From the NCBI GenBank assembly GCA_964387765.1, contig CAYLXS010000002.1:1-48285 (forward strand): a stretch of 48,285 nt of DNA. Reading direction: 5' to 3'. The translations under genes were made by a program, and so were the position numbers. The notes under the pieces are model-generated. The model did not search any database. It saw only the letters and a program-made list of their open reading frames with translations, and had not been told where the DNA came from. This stretch comes from an uncultured Syntrophaceae bacterium (GTDB lineage Bacteria > Desulfobacterota > Syntrophia > Syntrophales > UBA2210). Each line of letters starts with the position of its first letter. Within the stretch, counting starts at the first letter, position 1. Shown here one piece after another: positions 26,379 through 39,755 of this stretch.

Positions 26379-27713
26379 TCACAACTTTTTCTCCAGGATC
26401 TGAGCTGCTGTATGAATCATATCCCACGCCCCGCTAAAATATGGGCTGTAGGCAAGATCCATGTAGCCGATCTCGTCAAGTCCTATCCCTGACCACAAAC
26501 ATGCGGACAGGACGTTAATACGGCTCACCGCTCCGCTCTGTCCCACCGCCTGCGCGCCCAGCAATTTCCCCGAACCCCTGTCCGCGATCAGCTTGAGTCC
26601 AAGTTTCTGCCCTATATTCATGGAGCGCGCCACAGGACTTCCCCAGATTACGTTGCCTGCGGGAGAATATCCGCTCTGTTCCGCCATTTTCTCATCAAGG
26701 CCGGTCATGGCGACTTCCAGGTCAAATATCTTAAAGGATTGTGCGCCGACAACCCCGGGAAATACCAGGGGATAGCCGGCAATATTACGACCGGCTACTC
26801 GGCCCTGTTTGTTCGCCATATCCCCCAGAGGGATATACACCCATTTTTTGCTCACCCGGTTATATGACTCACAGCAGTCACCCACGGCGAATATCTCCTC
26901 GCGTGATGTATGCTGTGAAGGATCCACCTCGATGGCGCCGGATTTGCCTGTCGTAAGACCCGCTTCGCGTGCCAGTCGGGTATTTGGCTTTACACCCAGG
27001 GCGAATATGATAATGTCGGTCTCTATCCTCCCTTTGTCGGTAATCAAACACAGTCGGGCATCTGAGCCTTTCTCAACGGCAACCGGAGAATTATGGGCGA
27101 TAAAGGATACCCCGTTTTTTGTAAGCTCTTCCAGTACCATCCCGGAGAATACCGGGTCCCATTTTTTGACAGGAAGTTCACCCCTGTACACGATACTGGT
27201 CTCAAGATCGAGATTCCTCAGGGCTTCGCTCATCTCCATGGCGATAAACCCGGCTCCGACTATCACCGCCTTGCGGCAGTCGTTCTCCTTTATATATTTC
27301 CTGATATTGATGCCATCTCGCAGGTTTTTCAGTGTAAAGATTCCATCCTGCATCGTGCCCGGTATATCGGGTAAGGTTGCTTCAGCACCGGTCCCCATGA
27401 CAAGGACATCGTATGACAGCCTTTCGCCGCCCGTCAGCAGAATCTCGCCCCTGTCGGCCTCGATACCCTCAACATGGGTATTGAGTCTCACTTTTATTCC
27501 CGTCTCTTCAAATTTTTCGGGGGTTCTCGCGATAAGCTTTTTTGGATCTTTGATTACATCGCCGATGTAATAGGGCATGGGTCAGGCGGCATATGAAACG
27601 AATTCACCCCTCTCCAGCATCGTTACATCCAGGGACGGATCTCTTCTCTTGGCCTCCGCGGCTGCGGAAGGTCCCCCCGCACCACCTCCAACTACTACCA
27701 GTTTTTTGTTCAT
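26379..27713 (-). CDS. CoA-disulfide reductase / NADH oxidase family flavoprotein with an in-frame TGA (selenocysteine, codon 44) replacing the redox-active Cys; 444 codons
   Basis: The ORF track reports only codons 46-444 (26379..27578). Hand translation upstream gives ATG(27713) MNKKLVVVGGGAGGPSAAAEAKRRDPSLDVTMLERGEFVSYAA-TGA(27584..27582)-PMPYYIGDVI in the same frame. This adds the missing GxGxxG FAD motif and the family active-site context (S-[FY]-A-x-C-x-[LM]-P-Y-Y-I-G). The ATG overlaps the lgt stop (ATGA). A SECIS-like hairpin starts 11 nt after the TGA. Confidence 0.85.
27553..27571 (-). promoter_or_regulatory. candidate bacterial SECIS hairpin
   Basis: mRNA: UGA-CCCAUGCCCU-AUUACAUC-GGC-GAUGUAAU. 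The stem is 7-8 bp and the apical loop contains GG, about 18 nt after the UGA. That distance is within the range I recall for bacterial SECIS elements. Confidence 0.6.
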
Positions 27714-28561
27714 CCGTTTTCTCCTCGCCCTTTTTTTATAAGAATGACGGCAATACCGAAGATAATCATCGTAATACAGAGTATCTGCCCCATGCTGAGC
27801 ATCCCCGCGATAAGGCCCACTTGGGGATCCGGTTGTCTTAAAAATTCAATACAAAAACGCACAGATCCATAACCGATAAGATACAGGCACAATAGAGATC
27901 CGTCAAACCAGCTTTTTTTTCTGACACTCCACAGGATCGCGAAGAGAAATATGCCTTCAAAAAAGGCCTCATAAAGCTGGGATGGGTGCCGAAGCCGGAA
28001 AAGAGGGTCCAGAGGGAAATACATGCCCCACCATACATCCGTTACGCGCCCGTACAGCTCCCCATTTAGAAAATTGCCGATTCTTCCGAATGTATACCCG
28101 AGCGGTATCGCGGGGCAGAAAAGATCCGCGAACCGCCAGAAATTTATCTGGCGCCGACGGCAGAACCAGACAGATGCCACGACAATACCCGCAAGACCAC
28201 CATGGTACGACATGCCACTGATTCCAACAAACCGGAACCCGCCGGAAATGTCAAAGGGAAATATAATGTAAAGGGGATGCGCCATGTAGTATTCAAGATT
28301 ATAGAAGAGAACATATCCCAGCCGCGCCCCTATCAGAAGGCCCGCTATTGCCCATACAAAATAGTCCTGGATAGTTTCCTTAGACCAGTCAATGTTCTCG
28401 TCTTTTATTCTGTAGATGACAAGCAAATAGACAATGAAAAAGGCGACAAGGTACATAAGCCCGTAATAACGGATCTGAAAGGATCCTGCCTCCAGAAACG
28501 CCGGGTTGATATGTTCCGGAATATGTTGCCAGAAATTGACTATTTGGTTCACTGTAACCAC
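27710..28561 (-). CDS. lgt: prolipoprotein diacylglyceryl transferase
   Basis: Lgt signatures: IRYYGLMYLVAF and GRIGNFLNGELYGR. GTG start at 28561, or alternatively GTG 28552 with an AAGGTGG SD. Confidence 0.9.
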   Translation of the reverse strand: MVTVNQIVNFWQHIPEHINPAFLEAGSFQIRYYGLMYLVAFFIVYLLVIYRIKDENIDWSKETIQDYFVWAIAGLLIGARLGYVLFYNLEYYMAHPLYIIFPFDISGGFRFVGISGMSYHGGLAGIVVASVWFCRRRQINFWRFADLFCPAIPLGYTFGRIGNFLNGELYGRVTDVWWGMYFPLDPLFRLRHPSQLYEAFFEGIFLFAILWSVRKKSWFDGSLLCLYLIGYGSVRFCIEFLRQPDPQVGLIAGMLSMGQILCITMIIFGIAVILIKKGRGENG

Positions 28562-28604
28562 CTTTTATGTCTGAAGCCCCGACCCGTCGGGGCATGAATC
28601 AGCT

Positions 28605-28799
28605 TCAGGTAAAAGGGGACCCTCCCCCTCCCGAACAGGATTGACAGGATCCCTGCAAGCCGACAGGGGAGGACACGACCTTATCGGCATTTTTCTCGCC
28701 ACATCCGGGACATTCTATATCGCTGTCATTATCACTCGCGAACCGGATTAATTCAAACTTATTACCACAGTCTTTGCAGACGTATTCATAAATCGGCAT
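28605..28799 (-). CDS. FmdB-family zinc-ribbon protein
   Basis: MPIYEYVCKDCGNKFE ... CPGCG gives two CxxC pairs. The start is taken at ATG 28799 with SD GAGGAG. Gly/Ser-rich C-terminal tail. Confidence 0.75.
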   Translation of the reverse strand: MPIYEYVCKDCGNKFELIRFASDNDSDIECPGCGEKNADKVVSSPVGLQGSCQSCSGGGGSPFT

Positions 28800-28824
28800 T
28801 TTTCTTCTCCTCAAGAATATTGAT

Positions 28825-29790
28825 TTAGTATGCCTGTCCCTTCAGTTCATCAACATGCAGCGAAGCATTGTGCGCAGCCGTCGCCCCATCGCCGCAGGCG
28901 GTTACTACCTGCCTCAGGGACTTGCTGATGCAATCTCCACATGCGAAGATACCTTCGGCCGATGTTCTCATGTCTCTATCTGTAATGATATACCCTTCCT
29001 TATCCAGATCGACAACTCCCTTGATAAAAGCCGTATTCGGTACAAGACCAACAAAGATAAAGACACCATCGACAGGAAGCTCTTCATGACGATCGGAGGT
29101 TTTTATATTTCTTATCCTTACCCCGGTTACAACATCCTCCCCCAAGATCTCCTCTACGGTGGAATCCCAGGCAAATGTGATTTTTTCGTTGGCAAAGGCT
29201 CGCTGCTGAAGTATGGCCGTCGCGCGCAGGCGGTCTCTTCTGTGAATCACTGTAACCTTTGAGGCAAATTTCGTCAAATAGAGGGCCTCCTGGATGGCGG
29301 TGTCTCCGCCTCCTACTACGGCAACTTCACTGCCCCTGTAGAAGGGAGCATCGCAGGTGGCACAGTATGATATTCCTCTGCCGATAAATTCCTGCTCCCC
29401 CGCTACTCCCAGACTGCTCCAGGCTGCTCCTGAAGAAATAATAATAGAAAAAGTCCGATAGACATTATCATCGGTTATAATCTCCCATTCTTCAACATCT
29501 CCTGATTTTTCTCTGTTTATGCGGTTCGCCTGTTCCGGTCTGATCTCCAAACCAAACGAGATTGCCTGCTTTTTGAACGTATCGTTAAGTTCAAAACCGC
29601 TGATCTCAGAAACACCGGGGTAATTTTCTATCATATCCGTCATGGTTATCTGGCTGGCCTGGGCATTTCCCTCCAGCAACAGAACTTTCATGTCGGCCCT
29701 GGCCGCGTACAGTCCCGCGGTAAGTCCACCAGGTCCTCCTCCCACAATAATGGTATCGTATGTATCCTCCGGTATGTTTATATCAGGCAT
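28825..29790 (-). CDS. trxB: thioredoxin-disulfide reductase
   Basis: 321 aa with FAD motif IVGGGPGGLTA, redox-active CATC (ISYCATCDAPFY) and NADPH motif VVGGGDTA. SD GGAAGGAAGGTG. Confidence 0.9.
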   Translation of the reverse strand: MPDINIPEDTYDTIIVGGGPGGLTAGLYAARADMKVLLLEGNAQASQITMTDMIENYPGVSEISGFELNDTFKKQAISFGLEIRPEQANRINREKSGDVEEWEIITDDNVYRTFSIIISSGAAWSSLGVAGEQEFIGRGISYCATCDAPFYRGSEVAVVGGGDTAIQEALYLTKFASKVTVIHRRDRLRATAILQQRAFANEKITFAWDSTVEEILGEDVVTGVRIRNIKTSDRHEELPVDGVFIFVGLVPNTAFIKGVVDLDKEGYIITDRDMRTSAEGIFACGDCISKSLRQVVTACGDGATAAHNASLHVDELKGQAY

Positions 29791-29830
29791 TATTCACCTT
29801 CCTTCCCTAAGAATTTATAAATCCAGCTTG

Positions 29831-29900
29831 TATCTATTGAAGTTCTCCTCAATCCCGTATACGCGGGATCTCCGCTTTTGCTCCGACAGTTGCGGGGAAT
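29831..29900 (-). repeat. copy 1 of a roughly 70-nt two-hairpin element in the trxB 5' leader
   Basis: 61 of 71 hand-aligned positions are identical to 35833..35903. It contains the hairpins ATCCCG-N6-CGGGAT and CCGC-N16-GCGG. Its proximal end lies 40 nt from the trxB ATG. Confidence 0.75.
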
Positions 29901-29993
29901 GCGCTTACTGTCTAATTCAATATCCGGCTGTCGGAAATCGGTTTTTAGAACAGAAGCAGCTCTCTCTTTTTCTACTTTCCGAACCACTACTTC

Positions 29994-30021
29994 AAGTTAA
30001 TCATATTCTATATTTTGTCAA
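29994..30021 (-). promoter_or_regulatory. candidate sigma70 promoter for trxB
   Basis: On the minus strand: TTGACA (30021..30016), a 16-nt spacer, then TAACTT (29999..29994). This would give a roughly 195-nt leader that contains the shared element. Confidence 0.3.
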
Positions 30022-30258
30022 GCACTGCCCATACCTGAACTCAAAATTGCTGTTCCGAGTGGCGTCTTTTTATTCTTCCCCCCTATTCATCCCTGATTCT
30101 ATTGAGTTATGAGGCTTTTCGTTCAAGATCAAGACCTGCGAAAAAATAGCCGCAGGTGCCCCGCAGGAAATGTCCTTGGGGTGCATATAGTTGATATTCC
30201 AAGGATTATTTTTGAGCATAACGCAGAGATCGGGTGAAAAGGTCATTAATCAGCAGAA

Positions 30259-31704
30259 TCATCCCTTGATACAGCCGACGGCTCTGAGCCTCGCGACTTT
30301 TCTGGATAGACCAGCCCGATGGACAATGTTTACAACGTCTTCTATATCTTTATATGCGTCGGGCATTTCCTCGCGAATGGTTTTTTTACCCGCAGCCATA
30401 ACCACAATGCCCCTGTCGGCCATCTCTTTTTCTATTGATCTGTTTTTGCTCTCCTTCATCGCCCTGCCACGACTCATCACACGCCCGGCACCGTGACAGG
30501 TACTGCCGAATGTCTCCTCAAAGGCCTTCTCTGCTCCCGCAAGTACATAGGATCCTGTCCCCATATCCCCCGGTATCAGTACCGGTTGGCCCACCTCGCG
30601 ATAAACATCCGGCAGGGCAGGATGATGTGGGGGAAACGCCCTTGTGGCTCCCTTGCGGTGCACGCACACCTTCTTTATCACACCAGCGACAGGAAATTCT
30701 TCTATCTTTGCAATATTATGAGATACATCGTAGACTAGTCGCATTCCCATTTCGCGTGGAGACATCTGCAGTGTCTTTTCAAAAACCTGCCTGGTCCAGT
30801 GCATCAGTATCTGTCTGTTCGCCCAGGCATAATTGGCGGCGCATGCCATGGCAGACATATATTCCTTTCCCTCATCAGAGGCAATATACGCGCAGGCGAG
30901 TTGCCGGTCAGGCAGCGGAAAAATCATTCTGCTGCTGAGCTTGACCATCCTCGAGAGATAGTCGTCGCATACCTGGTATCCAAAACCCCGTGATCCTGTG
31001 TGAATGGCGACGGCAACCTGGCCCTCTGCCATCAGTCCGAATGTGGAGGCAATTTTCCTGTCAAAAATCTCCTCCACAACCTCTATCTCCAGGAAGTGAT
31101 TCCCGGACCCAAGTGTTCCCAGCTGTCTCCTGCCCCTCTCAAGGGCCCGCTCGCTCACGCAGGAGGGGTCCGCCCCATCCATCCTGCCGCGATCCTCAAT
31201 AGTCATCAGATCATCACCGGAACCGTACCCATGTTTCACCGCCCATCCGGCTCCTTCCCGCAATACTCTTTTTTCTTCATCCACAGAAAGCTTAACGGAG
31301 CTTTCAGATCCCACTCCGGCAGGTATTCCCCTGAAAAGGGCGATAACAAGATCTTTCACTCTGTTTTTGATTTCGTCGAACTGGAGATTTGTTACCATGA
31401 GGCGAACACCGCAGTTTATGTCATAACCTACCCCTCCCGGAGAAACAATCCCATCCTCCATATCGAAAGCAGCAACACCACCTATTGGAAAACCATAACC
31501 CCAGTGAATATCAGGCATGGCCAGGGAATGTCTTACTATGCCAGGAAGGTGTGCCACATTGGCAACCTGTCTGAGGCTTTCATCTTTTTCTACACTTTTC
31601 ATCATTCGTTCATCGGCATAGATAATTCCGGGAACACGCATGCCACCCGTAGGAGGTATGATCCAGCGGAATTCGTCAAGTTTCTCAACTCTGATATCAG
31701 ACAT
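30259..31704 (-). CDS. rtcB: RNA ligase RtcB (3'-phosphate/5'-hydroxyl RNA-splicing ligase)
   Basis: RtcB motifs: GYDINCGVR, GSGNHFLE, HTGSRGFG and CHGAGR (guanylyl-His region). The start is taken at ATG 31704 (MSDIRVEKL), overlapping the archease stop by 8 nt. Confidence 0.9.
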   Translation of the reverse strand: MSDIRVEKLDEFRWIIPPTGGMRVPGIIYADERMMKSVEKDESLRQVANVAHLPGIVRHSLAMPDIHWGYGFPIGGVAAFDMEDGIVSPGGVGYDINCGVRLMVTNLQFDEIKNRVKDLVIALFRGIPAGVGSESSVKLSVDEEKRVLREGAGWAVKHGYGSGDDLMTIEDRGRMDGADPSCVSERALERGRRQLGTLGSGNHFLEIEVVEEIFDRKIASTFGLMAEGQVAVAIHTGSRGFGYQVCDDYLSRMVKLSSRMIFPLPDRQLACAYIASDEGKEYMSAMACAANYAWANRQILMHWTRQVFEKTLQMSPREMGMRLVYDVSHNIAKIEEFPVAGVIKKVCVHRKGATRAFPPHHPALPDVYREVGQPVLIPGDMGTGSYVLAGAEKAFEETFGSTCHGAGRVMSRGRAMKESKNRSIEKEMADRGIVVMAAGKKTIREEMPDAYKDIEDVVNIVHRAGLSRKVARLRAVGCIKG

Positions 31705-32140
31705 CAAAAATAACCCTTCCAATCCATCTTCCTGAAATCTTTCTTATCTTCACACGGTGGTATGTAACCGCCTTTATCTCGATATTCATACGGTGTCTCC
31801 CCCGTGCAAACGGTTCCCCCCTCGCTGTCCCTTCTATATGAAAGTTGTCCATCCCGGAAACCGTAAATTCTTTTAACAACAAGCCTTCACCGTAGTACAT
31901 GTACAATATTTCTCTGAGAAAATTTACCAGAAGTTCCCCCAAATCACCACCTTCAGCGAAAATTTTCTTTTCTTTTCTTACACGTACAAGGCTTACGTCG
32001 GTCATTATATCAAAAACGGCAAAGGCTGAATTGCAAAAGAGTTCCTCCTTATTTATTCCATATATCTCTACTCCCAGATCGGCCGTATGATCAAATACCC
32101 TGTAAGGCGGGAATGCTGCCTGTCCTCTATTTTCATTCAT
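31697..32140 (-). CDS. archease (RtcB activator family)
   Basis: Archease N-terminal signature FDHTADLGVEIYG plus the C-terminal KAVTYH. The start is uncertain: ATG 32140 gives 147 aa, and the ORF-track start at 32215 is a TTG. Confidence 0.75.
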   Translation of the reverse strand: MNENRGQAAFPPYRVFDHTADLGVEIYGINKEELFCNSAFAVFDIMTDVSLVRVRKEKKIFAEGGDLGELLVNFLREILYMYYGEGLLLKEFTVSGMDNFHIEGTARGEPFARGRHRMNIEIKAVTYHRVKIRKISGRWIGRVIFDV

Positions 32141-32427
32141 ACCGGATACCAGCTTTTTTAAAGTATAGAGAGAAATGGAAGCGGGGATAGGGCGATTTTT
32201 GAAATCCAGATTCAAATCGGAACTTCAGCCTGACTACAAGAGTAGCATAGATTTTCGGCAAACTCTAACCGGGAAGATAAAGATGGGGGCATTTTCTTCT
32301 ATGTGAGATCTTCAAAAATGATGAGATAAAACTGGCAAAAGTCCGGGCATGGTTCGGCCAGCTTACCTGGGTTGTGGAAAACGCAAAAATTGTGAAAAGG
32401 GCATTTCTAAATGAAAATCAATTAATT

Positions 32428-33231
32428 CTAATCCCCCAGAAGCCCTTTTATCTTGCCCTTCAGGGCATCGGTTTCTTTCCTGATATCTTTTCTCAGGGTC
32501 TCGGTTTGCCCGGTTATATCCTTTCCCGCCTCATCAATATTTGAATCCAGTTCTTTGAGTCGGCTGTTAAGAATATTCGTAACGTCAGGGGAAATGATCT
32601 TTGCGTATAGTGTTGTAAATATCTCCTTAAGCGCCTCCGCCGGTGACGCACCATCATCTTTTTGACCTATGTTCGTGAGGTGTATATCGGGTAACGGTGA
32701 GAATATCCCTTCCCCCCCGAGTATGGACGTAACCAGTTTGATTTTTCCGTCTCTGAGAATGAAATTCTTTATTATTATCCTTTTCCCGTTGCCTTTTCCT
32801 CCGGATTTTTTCTCTGATCTTTTTTCCGCTCCGGCCGTCCTTTTTATGTTATTCAGGATGGTCTGAAAATTGTCTGTCCCGTCCATCTTTTCATAGGTAA
32901 TTTCAGGGGCAACCACTTCAATCTTTTCAATTATAATGGGGTTTTCGAGCAGCGATTTTTCATTCATATCAATGTAAATAGATCTAACTGTCATGGCTTC
33001 CGGGGACTTGAATTTAGCCGGATTCCCGAGATAGAATTTTCTTATTTCGGCTTGCGCGGACAGTAGAGAGACATCCACATCCGACAGATGAACATCTGTC
33101 TTTGTTATTTCCGGCCCATACGTGTTGACAGCCGTTTTTATCACGGGACCAAGATTCGAGATAACCACTACAAATAGAATTGCGACAACGACAATTACAA
33201 CACCTGCGATTATCATCACCCATTTTTTCAT
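32428..33231 (-). CDS. hypothetical membrane-anchored protein (N-terminal TM segment, Lys-rich linker, C-terminal coiled-coil-like tail)
   Basis: 267 aa: MKKWVMIIAGVVIVVVAILFVVVI, then a beta-rich region. It weakly resembles AsmA/DUF748-type proteins, but I cannot confirm this. Confidence 0.45.
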   Translation of the reverse strand: MKKWVMIIAGVVIVVVAILFVVVISNLGPVIKTAVNTYGPEITKTDVHLSDVDVSLLSAQAEIRKFYLGNPAKFKSPEAMTVRSIYIDMNEKSLLENPIIIEKIEVVAPEITYEKMDGTDNFQTILNNIKRTAGAEKRSEKKSGGKGNGKRIIIKNFILRDGKIKLVTSILGGEGIFSPLPDIHLTNIGQKDDGASPAEALKEIFTTLYAKIISPDVTNILNSRLKELDSNIDEAGKDITGQTETLRKDIRKETDALKGKIKGLLGD

Positions 33232-33330
33232 AACCTGTCACCTCCCTTAATTTTATCCCCTGTAATAAGCCGAACTTGCATTTGTAATTTTATAACTGTT
33301 TATGATCATGGGTTTACAGTGTATCCTGCA

Positions 33331-35814
<2,484 letters not shown>

Positions 35815-35832
35815 GATTTTTAAAAACCTTTC

Positions 35833-35903
35833 TATCTATTGAAGCTCCCCGCAATCCCGCATAAGCGGGGTCTTCGCTTTTGCTCCGACAAGTTGCGGAA
35901 AAT
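35833..35903 (-). repeat. copy 2 of the roughly 70-nt two-hairpin element, in the gyrA 5' leader
   Basis: Aligned by hand to 29831..29900 (61 of 71 positions identical). It has the same orientation relative to the downstream gene, and its proximal end lies 18 nt from the gyrA ATG. Confidence 0.75.
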
Positions 35904-35928
35904 CTCCGACTGTTTAGTAAGTTAGAAA

Positions 35929-35958
35929 TTATTTTCTGTGTTTTCCGGCAGAAAATAA
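35929..35958. other. AT-rich perfect 10-bp inverted repeat (TTATTTTCTG-N10-CAGAAAATAA) in the gyrB-gyrA spacer
   Basis: Seen directly. On the minus strand it is followed by TTTCTAAC. It could be a weak gyrB terminator or a protein-binding palindrome. Confidence 0.35.
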
Positions 35959-36071
35959 CTTCGTTAACGCACTTATCCCGATTATAGGGATTAAGGAAAA
36001 TGTTTATTTTTTACTCGCTGTTCAATACAGGGTGTTTTTAATGGCATGAATGCTCTTATTCGTCTCTGAAA

Positions 36072-39606
<3,535 letters not shown>

Positions 39607-39710
39607 TTTTTCACCTATTCCTTTAAAAGTTTATTGGTTTATAAAACTAGTAGTAATAGTAGGCAGTGTTAATTTGTTAATATAATCTATTTAACCTAAG
39701 TAATTTTTTA

Positions 39711-39739
39711 ACTATATCTCCATAAATTACACTTGACAA
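39711..39739 (-). promoter_or_regulatory. candidate sigma70 promoter for dnaN in the dnaA-dnaN spacer
   Basis: On the minus strand: TTGTCA (39739..39734), a 17-nt spacer, then TATAGT (39716..39711), about 105 nt upstream of the dnaN ATG. Confidence 0.45.
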
Positions 39740-39755
39740 GATGTTAAAACCCAGT

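Noticed and set aside
26809-27570. 253-aa plus-strand ORF
   Set aside because: It is antisense to the CoADR/Nox-type gene, is Ser/Pro-rich, and has no start context.
29790-29987. 65-aa minus-strand ORF upstream of trxB
   Set aside because: It is a translation of the shared repeat element and the trxB leader. It overlaps the trxB start and has no SD.
31000-31713. 237-aa plus-strand ORF
   Set aside because: It is antisense to rtcB, which carries all the RtcB catalytic motifs.
39607-39755. The dnaA-dnaN spacer as a definite oriC
   Set aside because: It is very AT-rich and has short micro-repeats, but I could not find any 9-mer within 1-2 mismatches of TTATCCACA. It is kept only as a candidate in the origin finding.
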